A stretch of DNA of 64,000 nucleotides from Nitrospirota bacterium (GTDB taxonomy: Bacteria > Nitrospirota > Thermodesulfovibrionia > Thermodesulfovibrionales > Dissulfurispiraceae), in the NCBI GenBank assembly GCA_963790025.1, contig CAWBMP010000005.1, positions 1 to 64,000 on the forward strand. Direction: 5' to 3'. The translations under genes and the position numbers were made by a program. Position 1 is the stretch's first letter; each line of letters opens with the position of its first letter. Of this stretch, positions 1-10,116 are shown one piece after another. Under the pieces are notes generated by a model. It ran no database searches. It worked only from the letters and a program-made list of their open reading frames with translations, and was not told the DNA's origin.

Positions 1-1
1 T

Positions 2-292
2 GCTTCTGCTGCTCTTGCAGCAGGAAACGTCGAAAAAGGAAAGGCTTTGTTTAATGACCCGACGTTTGCCGGCGCAACGTCGGGCAGGAGCTGTAATTCC
101 TGCCATCCCGCAGGAAAAGGGCTGGAGCATGCCGGCAAAAAGAAAGTGTTTCATAACGCGGGAGGGACCCAGAAAAGCCTTGAAGAGGCTGTAAACGCCT
201 GCATAGAAGGTGCGATTGGCGGCAAAGCCATTGGTCCCAACTCGGGTGCCATGCAGGACATAGTAGCCTATATTAAGTCACTGAAGAGCTAG
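2..292 (+). CDS. small monoheme c-type cytochrome (5' partial)
   Basis: The frame is open from the window start (ASAALAAGNVEKGKALFNDP, the tail of a signal peptide). CxxCH motif CNSCH; ends DIVAYIKSL. Confidence 0.8.
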   Translation, partial: ASAALAAGNVEKGKALFNDPTFAGATSGRSCNSCHPAGKGLEHAGKKKVFHNAGGTQKSLEEAVNACIEGAIGGKAIGPNSGAMQDIVAYIKSLKS

Positions 293-303
293 AGGTTTGA
301 GGT

Positions 304-1203
304 TCATTGCAAACGCTCCAACAGTCGCTTGTTTATATCAATTGCTGCAACGGCCCCCTCTCCGGCTGCGATCACCGCTTGGTCGTTGCCGGTATTCAAA
401 GGACCTACTATATAAAGCCCGCTCAGCGATGATTCGTAATTATGGCCGGTTACATACTTAAAATTGGCGCGGTCCCTTTTCAGATTAAGCTCTGAGAGCA
501 GCGCATCGTTGAGCTTAAACCCTAAATTGGACATGATGGCCTCACAGGGTATTTTCCGGCCATCTTTGAGTTCGACCGCCTCTATCGTATTGTTGCCGAT
601 TATTCTTAGCGGCGTTTCCACTATCACCTGTATATTTTCATCCATTAACCTTTCCACGTAGTCGGGAGGCAGGGTATGAAAATAAAGCAGAAGGACTACG
701 TCCTTCGTATACATGCTTTTCATGGCTAAGGCGAGATTGGCGGTTTCAGTAGAGTTGCCGATAAGCAGCAATTTTTTTCCCCTGGTCCTGTAGCCGTCGC
801 AATAAACACAGGTATAAAAACCGTTTCCCAAAAATTTATGAATATTCTCAACGGGAGGAAAATTATCATAAACCCCTGTGGAGATGATAATAAACAGCGC
901 GCGGTGAACTGAAGGGCCGGTAGAAACCTCAAAGAACTCATGTTTCAGTACTTTTGAGACTTCTCCAGTCAGGACATTGACGTTAAAGCTCCGTGCCTGT
1001 TCAATGCCGGTTTCGACAATCTCCCCGCCTGAAATAACTTTGTGGCCCAGATAATTTTCGATATGTTTTGCATGCCGGGTCCTCCCGCCGCTCCTGTCAA
1101 TCAGCAGGACATCTTTGCTGAACCTTCCGAGATAAATTGCCGCCTGCAACCCGCCCGGGCCGGCGCCGACAATAATGCAATCGTAGATTTTCTCATCTGA
1201 CAT
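304..1203 (-). CDS. thioredoxin reductase-like NAD(P)/FAD oxidoreductase
   Basis: GAGPGG FAD motif, CVYCDG redox CxxC, C-terminal QAVIAAGEG. Start set at the ATG of MSDEK. Confidence 0.85.
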   Translation of the reverse strand: MSDEKIYDCIIVGAGPGGLQAAIYLGRFSKDVLLIDRSGGRTRHAKHIENYLGHKVISGGEIVETGIEQARSFNVNVLTGEVSKVLKHEFFEVSTGPSVHRALFIIISTGVYDNFPPVENIHKFLGNGFYTCVYCDGYRTRGKKLLLIGNSTETANLALAMKSMYTKDVVLLLYFHTLPPDYVERLMDENIQVIVETPLRIIGNNTIEAVELKDGRKIPCEAIMSNLGFKLNDALLSELNLKRDRANFKYVTGHNYESSLSGLYIVGPLNTGNDQAVIAAGEGAVAAIDINKRLLERLQ

Positions 1204-1321
1204 TCTATGCCTTTCTATCTCCAGGATGATTAACTGGTTGCAAACAAGATCATTATTACCCGGCAATCGCTTATTATGGAATTCTATCAGATAAAAAGAC
1301 TTTTTTCATTACGGACATGCG

Positions 1322-1543
1322 ATGTTCTGTGGCGGACGAACGTGGGATGACTACCTTGCATTCTGCAAGGAACGGGGTGAAGCCCCCGATAAGCCATTCA
1401 CAGGGAAATTCGTTGTCCGTCTTTCTCCGGAGTTGCATAGGAAAAATTACATGTCGGCAAAGCTTTCCAATGAAAGCATTAACGCATGGTTGAATGAGAA
1501 ATTGAACCGTGTTCTCGATGAAGAAATGAAATGTGGAGTGTAA
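1322..1543 (+). pseudogene. C-terminal fragment of a HicB-family antitoxin
   Basis: DDYLAFCKERGEAPDKPFTGKFVVRLSPELHRK is the typical HicB C-terminal half. The N-terminal half and hicA are absent. Confidence 0.75.
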
Positions 1544-2136
1544 CGGCATGTTTAGTCGGGAATCTTGACAGAAAATATCTGTCGTCAAGAGTGAATAAGA
1601 GAGTCGCTTAAATCATGTAATCAACAGGGAAACAAGCGTGGCGGATGGCGCGGACCGGTTCGGCTCCAGTGTTTACCTGATACCTGATAGTTTCACACTT
1701 CTGCAACTGACGAGGATTTTGTCCCGAAACATGCGTCCCGTGAGAAGAGAGAACAAAGCGTGACATTAGCCGGCATTGTGGCTTCGGCGATCATCGGCGG
1801 TGTCTGTTTCTTTTGAACATCAACTGAAGAAGGCTCAGTAAGGGGAAAAACCACTTATGTCCCGTAGTACACACAATCCATAGATCGCGTATAAAGCAGT
1901 CTTACCCTCTGGGCTCCACCGACAAGTCCTTAGTTTCAGGAAGACGCAACTTACTCAACATTACGCTGGGAAATTAACGCTGTTCACAGGGCATGCCCAC
2001 TCAGGTGCACCCAAGTACTCAACATTTTAGACATCTCAATGAAAGTGTTGGTTATCAAAATAATGCGTTAAAAGTCGTATGTTTGTTTCTAACTAAATAT
2101 GTAAAAAGATTGGACTGGGTTTTTATTCGCTCTGTT

Positions 2137-3396
2137 CTACCGGAGCTTATTAAGTACAAAATCGAATATTTCGTAATTGCGCAATTGATGCAAGTCGGCA
2201 ATGTTATTGAAGTGATTATTTATTGGGTGTGAAATTATAAAAGATACTTTGCTGTCTGCCACTCCTCCATGAGAGCGAAGGCGCATTCCGCCCAGTTTGG
2301 TCAGGTCATGGTTCTCTTTTTTGGTCCCAAGTACTGTTCCCTTATTTCCTATGACAATCAAATCTCCAATGCGATCGGGTGGTAATTCAAATTTTGTAAC
2401 GGCAGAATCGCGATCCATAACCATCTCTATTCCCGGAAGTTTACCGATGACATTTAAAACATCAGCAATGGATATGTGACTGCGAAAAAAAATCGTTGCA
2501 AATGATCCGAGAGCACCATGATGAGCAACGTATGGATCTGTAATCGGCAGGATAACCTTTGCCTTGCCTTCTCCTATTTCCCGGTCAAGCATTTCCTGCA
2601 GATATATAGCGTTTGGTGATCCATGCGCATTTGATTTATCATTCATCCCATGGTCTCCGGTTAAGGCAATGATGGCTCCTGAAGCGGCAAGCCGGCCGAA
2701 AGCATGGTCAAGAGCGTGATAAAAATCATTCGCTTCTTTTGTCCCGGGGGCATACGTATGCTGTATATAATCTGTCAGGGAGAGATACATTATGTCCGGT
2801 TTTTCTCTTTGGAGAATTCTTATGCCGGCTTCAAGCACGAAAAGTGAAAGGTCACCCGAATAAACATCCGGCAGAGGCTTCCCAACATATTCGAGGCAAT
2901 TGTCGATCCCGTTTTCTTCTTTTGTGCATTTATCGGCCTTCTCCGAAGAAAAAGTAATCCCATTTCTTATCTTGTGACGGAGCAATTTGCTTAATTTGTT
3001 CTTTGCGGTAATCGCCGCCACTTTTGCGCCATGCTCCGAAAATTTGGCCAGTATGCTTTCGGCTCTCATAAATTCCGGCTCAGTCATCATTACTTCTTCG
3101 CCGGTCTCGGGGTTCAGAAAATAATTTCCCGAGATTCCATGCACAGAAGGCGGAACGCCGGTTATGATCGATATATTGTTCGGGTTTGTAAAGCTGGGCA
3201 TAGCCCCGCAGGCTATCGCAGAGAAGCCCTCATCCATAAATTTGTTTATGTTTGGGAGCAAACCTCTTTCGAGTGCGGCAGTTATGTATTCAGGGTCTCC
3301 TCCATCTATGCAAACGACAACCACAGGAGAAGCGGGCCAACTATAACTTTTCCCGTTGACAGTAATCTGCCCGTGATGTCTACTGGAATTACTCAT
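2137..3396 (-). CDS. phnA: phosphonoacetate hydrolase (alkaline phosphatase superfamily)
   Basis: VVVVCIDGG, MPSFTNPNN (Thr nucleophile), TDYIQH, GDHGM, RSHGG. GGAGGA SD before the ATG at 3396. Confidence 0.92.
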   Translation of the reverse strand: MSNSSRHHGQITVNGKSYSWPASPVVVVCIDGGDPEYITAALERGLLPNINKFMDEGFSAIACGAMPSFTNPNNISIITGVPPSVHGISGNYFLNPETGEEVMMTEPEFMRAESILAKFSEHGAKVAAITAKNKLSKLLRHKIRNGITFSSEKADKCTKEENGIDNCLEYVGKPLPDVYSGDLSLFVLEAGIRILQREKPDIMYLSLTDYIQHTYAPGTKEANDFYHALDHAFGRLAASGAIIALTGDHGMNDKSNAHGSPNAIYLQEMLDREIGEGKAKVILPITDPYVAHHGALGSFATIFFRSHISIADVLNVIGKLPGIEMVMDRDSAVTKFELPPDRIGDLIVIGNKGTVLGTKKENHDLTKLGGMRLRSHGGVADSKVSFIISHPINNHFNNIADLHQLRNYEIFDFVLNKLR

Positions 3397-3517
3397 GCAA
3401 TCCTCCAATTTTTGTATGTTATTATGCGAGGATAATAACATACCCGCAAAAACTTCCCAAAGTTTTAAACATTTGATCGATACGCGTATGAATCCGGCAG
3501 AATAGTGGTGAGAAGTC

Positions 3518-3593
3518 AGTTTTAATCAAATTGTAATTCTTCTGTAACGTAGCTGTAACGTCGTTTATGCGATCATTGTCTAGACAACTAGAC
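3518..3593 (+). promoter_or_regulatory. phn promoter module 1: four Pho-box-like repeats plus a PhnF-like operator
   Basis: TTTAAT, TGTAAT, TGTAAC, TGTAAC at 3521, 3532, 3543, 3554 (11-bp period). Perfect palindrome TTGTCTAGACAA at 3576-3587, followed by CTAGAC. Confidence 0.8.
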
Positions 3594-3612
3594 GGCATTT
3601 TTGAGGTGTTTA

Positions 3613-4347
3613 ATGATCAAAAGGGACAATGGCGTTACATATTATCACCAACTCTCTAATATCCTTATTGAGCAGATAGGCGATGGGACTTTCAGAAAAG
3701 GCAATCGTCTGCCGACCGAAAATGAGCTTAGCCGGGCTTACGGACTGAACAGGCATACTGTAAGACGGGCTATTGAACGACTCGAAGACGAAGGTCTTAT
3801 CTATAAAATAAAGGGAAAGGGCTCATTTGTTGCGAATACTAAAATTCCTTTCAAAGTCTCCCAAAAAACGCAGTTTACAACATTGATGCTCTCCGCAGGT
3901 CTGACTCCTGATTCGAAATTGCTGAATTCATACGAAATTGCAGCGGGGAAAGAATTATCGGAAAAACTCCATATCGATCCGCCCAGCAAGGTCGTGGCAC
4001 TGGATATACTGAGGTATGCGGATGAAGTGCCTTTTTGCCATTCAATGTCCTATCTGAGATCGGACATCTTTCCGGGTCTTCTCAATTTGCTAAATGGTCT
4101 TTACTCCATCTATGGCGTGCTGAAAAAACACTACGACGTCGATATGCAAAGGGTATCTTCAACTTTCGAGGTTTCGATGCCGGGTGATCAGGAGATGGAC
4201 ATGCTGCAAATACCGGCAAGAATGCCTGTCCTTGTGGTCAGCAGCATATCAAGAACCCAGCATGGAGATTTGGTTGAATATTGCAAGACATCGTTCAGGG
4301 GAGACCTAAGCAGAATTACAGTTGATTTCGATAGTGAAAGGAAATGA
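3613..4347 (+). CDS. phnF: GntR/HutC-family phosphonate regulator
   Basis: RLPTENELSRAYGLNRHTVRRA winged HTH plus UTRA domain. GAGGTG SD before ATG 3613. First gene of the phn operon. Confidence 0.88.
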   Translation: MIKRDNGVTYYHQLSNILIEQIGDGTFRKGNRLPTENELSRAYGLNRHTVRRAIERLEDEGLIYKIKGKGSFVANTKIPFKVSQKTQFTTLMLSAGLTPDSKLLNSYEIAAGKELSEKLHIDPPSKVVALDILRYADEVPFCHSMSYLRSDIFPGLLNLLNGLYSIYGVLKKHYDVDMQRVSSTFEVSMPGDQEMDMLQIPARMPVLVVSSISRTQHGDLVEYCKTSFRGDLSRITVDFDSERK

Positions 4348-4446
4348 AGTTCAGGATAGGATCGGGAGAGCCGACCGCTTGCTCGATCCCGGTATCGGCT
4401 GTATAAACTCGATATTATTTCACTTTAAAAGGTTAATGGAGGAAAA

Positions 4447-5361
4447 ATGAAAAAGTATTTTCTGGCTTTCGGGCTGGCTGTGGCCCTGATCACAATTGTA
4501 AGCGGGGCGCTCCAGGCCAAACAGAACGGCCTGGTTATGGGACTCATTCCTATTGAAGACCCAAAAGCCATGATGGAGCAAATCCAGCCTATGAAGGCAT
4601 GGCTGGAGAAGGAAACGGGTCAGCATATCGAGCTTTTCACAGCCACTGATTACTCTGGTGTAATCGAGGCTATGCGGGCCAAGAAGGTCGATTTTGCCTG
4701 GTTCGGTCCCTTCTCCTATGTGCTTGCCCACGATCGGGCCGGGGCCGACGCCTTCGCTGTGGGCATCGATCAGAGGGGCAAAAGCACTTATTGCTCATAC
4801 CTCGTTGCCACCCCTGAAACAGCCCGTAAACTGGGCATCTCCACCGAGTTGGTGGGTGAGAAGGGAATGAAGGTGCTAGCCGAGAAGCTTGACAAACATA
4901 AAAATGAATTCACTTTTTCTTTTACTGACCCGGCTTCCACTTCCGGCTATGCTGTACCCAGGTACTTCATGTGGAAAGTTGGCATGGACCCGGAAAAGAT
5001 GTTTAAAAAAGTCGGATTCAGTGGCACTCATGATGCAGCCGAGTTGATGATAAAGAACAAGACGGTTGATATGGTAGCCGACAACGATATGACCAATCCT
5101 GCAATGGTCGCAAAAGGGCAAATATCGCCCCAGACCAATATCATTATCTGGAAATCCATGCCTCTTCCCGGTTCCCCCATAGCTTACAGGAATGATTTGC
5201 CTGAAAGCGTCAAGGCCGAACTGAAAAAAGCGATTGTCACGATCCCCAAAGAGGCGAACAAGGTCAAGGGCTTCGGCAATATAACCGGGTGGAAAATCGT
5301 GGGCGACAGCGACTATTCAGTTATTAAAGAGGTAAAGAAAGTTATAGACAGCCTGAGGTAA
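4447..5361 (+). CDS. phnD: phosphonate ABC transporter substrate-binding protein
   Basis: Signal peptide; DYSGVIEAM, DPASTSGY and SGTHD motifs. Confidence 0.92.
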   Translation: MKKYFLAFGLAVALITIVSGALQAKQNGLVMGLIPIEDPKAMMEQIQPMKAWLEKETGQHIELFTATDYSGVIEAMRAKKVDFAWFGPFSYVLAHDRAGADAFAVGIDQRGKSTYCSYLVATPETARKLGISTELVGEKGMKVLAEKLDKHKNEFTFSFTDPASTSGYAVPRYFMWKVGMDPEKMFKKVGFSGTHDAAELMIKNKTVDMVADNDMTNPAMVAKGQISPQTNIIIWKSMPLPGSPIAYRNDLPESVKAELKKAIVTIPKEANKVKGFGNITGWKIVGDSDYSVIKEVKKVIDSLR

Positions 5362-5442
5362 AAAGTTCGGTGGCGGTGAGGACAGGTTCCGGGCCTGAGC
5401 CAGCTATCTGTCCCCATCTGACACTGGATGGTCGGGGAGGGC

Positions 5443-6231
5443 ATGATGATAAAGATATCAAATCTCAGAAAACAGTTTAATGGCCACGAGGTACTGCGTG
5501 ATATCAATTTGCGGGTGAGCAAAGGCGAATCGATGGCCCTTATCGGCCCCAGCGGTTCCGGGAAAACCACCCTGATCCGGACGATCAACGGGTTCGTGGT
5601 GCCGGACTCAGGGAAAGTTTCAGTCGGCGGACGGGAAATAGAGTTTCACCGTCACGAGTCTATTCGCCAAAGCCGGAGGAAAATCGGCATGATCTATCAG
5701 CTTTTCAATTTGGTGGAACGGACCTCTGTCCACGTTAATGTGATGGCTGGAGCCCTGGGGAGACTGGATCGGGGCATTTCATTGCTCTCCTCCTCGATAG
5801 GCTTTTTCGGCAGGAAGGAAATGGAGAAGGCCAGGGAGCTTCTCAGTTTTGTCGGATTGGAAGATAAGATCGGGGAAAGAGTGGACAGGCTGAGCGGAGG
5901 CCAGAAACAGCGGGTTGCTATTGCCCGGGCACTGATGCAGGAGCCGGAGGTGCTCCTGGCGGACGAGCCAATAGCCAACCTTGACCCCAAATGCAGCCGC
6001 AAGATTATGGACCTCTTGCTTAAGATCAACTTTGAGAAAAAAATAACCCTCATTACGGTCCTCCATCATATTGACTCCGTACGCGACCATTTTGAGCGGG
6101 TTGTAGCACTTAAAGATGGAGCAATATGCTTTGATGCACATCCGCGCAGCCTGAATGATTACCATCTTCAGGATATATATACGTTTGACGAGGAAGCTGA
6201 ATGTCTTATAGCGAAAGCCGGAAATATGTGA
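5443..6231 (+). CDS. phnC: phosphonate ABC transporter ATPase
   Basis: [41 protein letters not shown]. Confidence 0.92.
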   Translation: MMIKISNLRKQFNGHEVLRDINLRVSKGESMALIGPSGSGKTTLIRTINGFVVPDSGKVSVGGREIEFHRHESIRQSRRKIGMIYQLFNLVERTSVHVNVMAGALGRLDRGISLLSSSIGFFGRKEMEKARELLSFVGLEDKIGERVDRLSGGQKQRVAIARALMQEPEVLLADEPIANLDPKCSRKIMDLLLKINFEKKITLITVLHHIDSVRDHFERVVALKDGAICFDAHPRSLNDYHLQDIYTFDEEAECLIAKAGNM

Positions 6232-7757
6232 ACAGGACCACTAAGCTGCTGTTGTGGTCCATTTCTCTTGTCATTCTGGCCCTTTCATTCAGGATTTCGA
6301 AGGTCGATATCGGCTCGCTCATCGACGGATTATCACAATCTTTTGCTTTGTTCAGGGAGATGCTGCCGCCGAATTTCTCGAGGTGGAGGCTTTTTTTACG
6401 GCTTACTGCAGAAACCGTGACGATGGGTTTTTGGGGCACAGTGTTCGGGATGTTTTTTTCCGTTCCTCTCGGATTTCTCGCTGCCAGAAATACGGCCTGG
6501 AACCGATGGTCGTACAATCTTTCCAGGTGGTTGATCACCCTGCTGAGATCGGTCCCCGACATTGTATATGGTTTTTTTTTCGTGACCGCTTTCGGTCTCG
6601 GGCCGCAGGCGGGTGTTGTTGCCCTGACGATGGCATCGGTGGGGCTTCTTGGCAAGTTTTACTCTGAAGCAGTGGAAAGCATAGACGAGAAACCGTTGGA
6701 GGCGCTGAAGGCTACGGGCAGCCACGGCCTCGGTGTTATACGCCATGCCGTTTTTCCCCAAGTGCTACCCTTGTTCATGGGTTATAACCTTTATATGCTG
6801 GACCACAATATCCGGGTTGCCCTGGCGCTGGGAGTGATAGGCGCCGGAGGGCTTGGGGTGGAACTTTTTACGCAAATGCGCGCCTTTCATTATCAGAAAG
6901 CCGCTGCCATCCTCCTGATCATGCTGGCAGTTATCACGATAATCGATCGGGTTTCAGCAAGCTTGCGCAACAAAATCATTAAAGGCAGTTTTTTGAATTC
7001 AGAGACCCGGATTCAGGATATCGCGTTGCTGTTTATCATTGGCCTGTTAACTCTCATCTGCCTTAATTCTGTTCCGTTGGATATCAGGGAATTGGCAGCC
7101 GGGGCGCCGAGGGTTTGGGAATTTATGAAAGAAATGATGCCGCCGGATTTTTCCAGACTTGCGGTTTACCTGAAATTGATGCTGGAAACTGTGGCCATGG
7201 GTATTTGCGGCACATTTATGGCAATTGTCCTGGGAGTCCCGCTGGGCTTGATGGCGGCACGGAATGTCACCCATAATTCAATTATCTATAATCTTGCAAA
7301 GGAGATAACAAATTTATTGCGGGGAACGCCGGACCTCGTTTTTGCCCTCATCTTCGTGGCGGCGGTTGGTTTGGGTCCTTTTGCTGGTGTCCTGGCTCTG
7401 GGCCTGAACACCACGGGTTTTTTGGGGAAATTTTATGCCGAAGCCATTGAAAATGTCGATCCTAAGCCAATTGAAGCGGTGGAAGCTTCCGGGGCCAGGT
7501 TACTTCAGCGGATCACTCACGCAATTTTCCCGCAAGTGTTACCGCTCTTTAACAGCTATAACCTGTATATCTTGGAACGGAACATCCGGTATTCAACTAT
7601 AATGGGCATAGTAGGCGCCGGCGGTATTGGGTTTGAATTGGTCATGACTTCCAGGATGTTTGAATACCGCCAGATGGCGGCTATGCTTTTGATCATAGCG
7701 GCCACCATCATGCTGGTGGACTGTTTCTCTTCTTATCTAAGAAAAAAAGTGGTATGA
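6201..7757 (+). CDS. phnE: phosphonate ABC permease with two fused PhnE domains
   Basis: Two repeats of GKFY(S/A)EA(V/I)E..D.KP.EA..A.G...HA.FPQVLPLF..YNLY and G..GAGG.G.EL. Confidence 0.9.
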   Translation: MSYSESRKYVNRTTKLLLWSISLVILALSFRISKVDIGSLIDGLSQSFALFREMLPPNFSRWRLFLRLTAETVTMGFWGTVFGMFFSVPLGFLAARNTAWNRWSYNLSRWLITLLRSVPDIVYGFFFVTAFGLGPQAGVVALTMASVGLLGKFYSEAVESIDEKPLEALKATGSHGLGVIRHAVFPQVLPLFMGYNLYMLDHNIRVALALGVIGAGGLGVELFTQMRAFHYQKAAAILLIMLAVITIIDRVSASLRNKIIKGSFLNSETRIQDIALLFIIGLLTLICLNSVPLDIRELAAGAPRVWEFMKEMMPPDFSRLAVYLKLMLETVAMGICGTFMAIVLGVPLGLMAARNVTHNSIIYNLAKEITNLLRGTPDLVFALIFVAAVGLGPFAGVLALGLNTTGFLGKFYAEAIENVDPKPIEAVEASGARLLQRITHAIFPQVLPLFNSYNLYILERNIRYSTIMGIVGAGGIGFELVMTSRMFEYRQMAAMLLIIAATIMLVDCFSSYLRKKVV

Positions 7758-7797
7758 CGGCGACTTCCATGACCGAATACAATTGTGAGGATAAACA

Positions 7798-8211
7798 ATG
7801 GAATTTCAACTACTGATAGCAAAAATGGGTCACAGGTCCATAGAAAAGCTTATCGGACTTGTGCCGGCGGATGAAATCGATATTATAAAAGGGCCCGAGA
7901 CAGGCCTCCTTATGATGGCTGTAAAGGATGCTTTTGAAACCGAGTTCTACCTCGGGGAGATACTTGTGACTGAAGCTGAAGTCCGGTATAGCAACAAGAA
8001 AGGATATTCGATGATTATGGGAGATGAACCTGAACGGGCCATTGCTGCGGCTGTCGCCGACGCCATAATGAGAAGCGACAATAATATTTTAAAAACGAAG
8101 ATGAACAAATTGTTTCTATCGTGGGAAAAAAGATTGAACACGAACGAGAAACGACAGGAAAACCTCACAGCTAAAACAAAGGTGAATTTCGAAAATATGA
8201 GAAAAGAATAG
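7798..8211 (+). CDS. phnG: C-P lyase subunit PhnG
   Basis: PETGLLMM...FYLGEILVTEAEV signature. Confidence 0.9.
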   Translation: MEFQLLIAKMGHRSIEKLIGLVPADEIDIIKGPETGLLMMAVKDAFETEFYLGEILVTEAEVRYSNKKGYSMIMGDEPERAIAAAVADAIMRSDNNILKTKMNKLFLSWEKRLNTNEKRQENLTAKTKVNFENMRKE

Positions 8212-8254
8212 GATGCAAGTCCATGATATTTGAGGGTCATTGGTAAGCGGCATG

Positions 8255-8332
8255 AGTTTTAATTAAATTGTAATTATTCTGTAACTTTGATGTAACGTCA
8301 TTTGTGTGATAATCCTGTCTAGACAACTAGAC
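8255..8332 (+). promoter_or_regulatory. phn promoter module 2 (copy of module 1) upstream of phnH
   Basis: The same hexamers at 8258, 8269, 8280, 8291; TGTGATAAT extended -10-like box; TGTCTAGACAACTAGAC at 8316-8332. Confidence 0.8.
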
Positions 8333-8384
8333 AGCTTTTGAGACTTCATAACGAGAAGAGATGAGAAAAGGATAAAAGTTATCC

Positions 8385-8990
8385 ATGGAGAAAATATCGT
8401 TAGCTAATCAGAATACATACAGGATAATCCTCCAGTCAATGTGCCATCCTGGAAAGGTTTACCAGTTATTTTGTGAATGTTCCGACAGGTTCGAACTGGA
8501 AAGTTTGTTGCCCTGTCCGATCAGCCCGGAAGGCCTGTTTTCTGTTCTTCTGACACTTATGGATAACGAGGTGAGCTTTTTTATTTATGGAGATGAAGCT
8601 GTTCACATGGAAGTTGCAATATCCGAAACCACCGGAAGCACTGTTGCCGGTATTGCATCCGCCGATTTCATAATTATTCCCGGAGGTAAGAGCTGGGGAG
8701 AACTGCTGAAGGCAAAGAGAGGAAGCGTCGAATATCCCGATACAGGCGCAACCGCAATTTTTGTAATTGATACCATCGAGAACAGAAAAAATGGGAAAAA
8801 TAATGTTGTACTGAAAGGGCCCGGCATAGAGGATTGTATCGAAATGTCCGCCGGACCGTTGCTGAAAGACGAGTTTTCCTGCATCAAAAGGGTAAACGCG
8901 GAATTTCCATTAGGGATAGACTGTATCTTCGTAGATAAATCTGACCGAATTATGTGTATTCCCAGATCGACAGTCATAGAGGTGAAATAG
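8385..8990 (+). CDS. phnH: C-P lyase subunit PhnH
   Basis: Q..YR.IL.SM.HPG, LLTLMDNEV, GS.EYPD.GAT, LKGPGI, FPLGID, CIPRST. Confidence 0.92.
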   Translation: MEKISLANQNTYRIILQSMCHPGKVYQLFCECSDRFELESLLPCPISPEGLFSVLLTLMDNEVSFFIYGDEAVHMEVAISETTGSTVAGIASADFIIIPGGKSWGELLKAKRGSVEYPDTGATAIFVIDTIENRKNGKNNVVLKGPGIEDCIEMSAGPLLKDEFSCIKRVNAEFPLGIDCIFVDKSDRIMCIPRSTVIEVK

Positions 8991-8991
8991 G

Positions 8992-10116
8992 ATGGGTTAC
9001 GTAGCTGTAAAAGGCGGCACTGAGGCAATTGAGAATGCTGCAAAGCTGTTTTCTTACGAAAGGATAAAGGGCAGGAGCCGACTGCTTGAGATCGACCAAA
9101 TCAGGGAGCAACTTTATCTCGCGGTCGACAAGGTCATGGGCGAAGGTTCTCTGTACGCGCCTGATCTCGCTGCTCTTGCCATAAAGCAATCTGCAGGCGA
9201 CACTTTCGAGGCGTCTTTTATGCTCAGGGCTTACAGGGCCACCAGACCCAGAGTCGGGTATTCAATACCTCAGTCGACAGCGGAGATAAAGGTCATTAGA
9301 AGAATTTCTGCAGCTTTCAAAGATGTGCCTGGCGGACAAATTCTGGGACCTACAACAGATTATACGCTCAGACTCCTCGATTTCGAGCTGCTGGACGAAA
9401 GAGAGGACACGAGACAGGCATATTCAAAAAATCTTTTCAAAGGGGTAATGGATGCCGCATCTCTTCCTGAATCTTTTCCCAAAGTGATAGACCTGATGAG
9501 AAAAGAAGGGCTTTTGACGGAGCGACCGGGGAATTCTGATCCTGGCAGCGCTGGTATATATGATGTGACCAGACAATCCCTGACCTTTCCGGCCTCCCGA
9601 AGCGCAACTCTTCAGTCGATGGCAAGGGGAGAGACAGGAGGTCTGCTTTTACTTGCATACTCCAATATGCGCGGATACGGCGATATTCATCCTACAGTCG
9701 GAGAACTGAGGGTTGGATATATCCCAGTGAAAATAAGGCACCGTCACAGCGGAAAATATTATACGATCGGAGAAGTTAAAGTAACGGAAGCTGAGGTCAT
9801 TGCCAAATTTACGACGGGTGAAGGGTCGCCGAAATTTACTCTCGGTTACGGTCTCTGTTTCGGGCACAATGAAACCAAAGCTATTTCCATGGCTATTCTC
9901 GACAGGGCGATGCAAGCAGAAGAGAAACGGGCGCCGTCCGAAAATCAGGAATTTGTTCTATCCCATATCGATGGAATCGATGCACTTGGCTTTTGTGCAC
10001 ACTGGAAACTGCCGCATTATGTGACGTTTCAATCCGATCTGGACAGGCTGAGAAAGGCCCGGGAGGCCGATCATTTGTCCGCGGTCCGGAAAGCGGGTGA
10101 TCAAAGTGAAACTTGA
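8992..10116 (+). CDS. phnI: C-P lyase subunit PhnI
   Basis: MGYVAVKGG..AI, RRISAAFKDVPGGQILGPT.DY, HWKLPHYVTFQS. Confidence 0.95.
   Translation: MGYVAVKGGTEAIENAAKLFSYERIKGRSRLLEIDQIREQLYLAVDKVMGEGSLYAPDLAALAIKQSAGDTFEASFMLRAYRATRPRVGYSIPQSTAEIKVIRRISAAFKDVPGGQILGPTTDYTLRLLDFELLDEREDTRQAYSKNLFKGVMDAASLPESFPKVIDLMRKEGLLTERPGNSDPGSAGIYDVTRQSLTFPASRSATLQSMARGETGGLLLLAYSNMRGYGDIHPTVGELRVGYIPVKIRHRHSGKYYTIGEVKVTEAEVIAKFTTGEGSPKFTLGYGLCFGHNETKAISMAILDRAMQAEEKRAPSENQEFVLSHIDGIDALGFCAHWKLPHYVTFQSDLDRLRKAREADHLSAVRKAGDQSET

Noticed and set aside
1560..2130. Intergenic stretch with a small inverted repeat (TTGACAGA...TCTGTCGTCAA) and short ORFs
   Set aside because: No recognisable protein or RNA motif; probably decayed DNA.
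4360..5415. GC-rich hairpins before and after phnD
   Set aside because: Plausible mRNA-stabilising stems, but imperfect and common around binding-protein genes.
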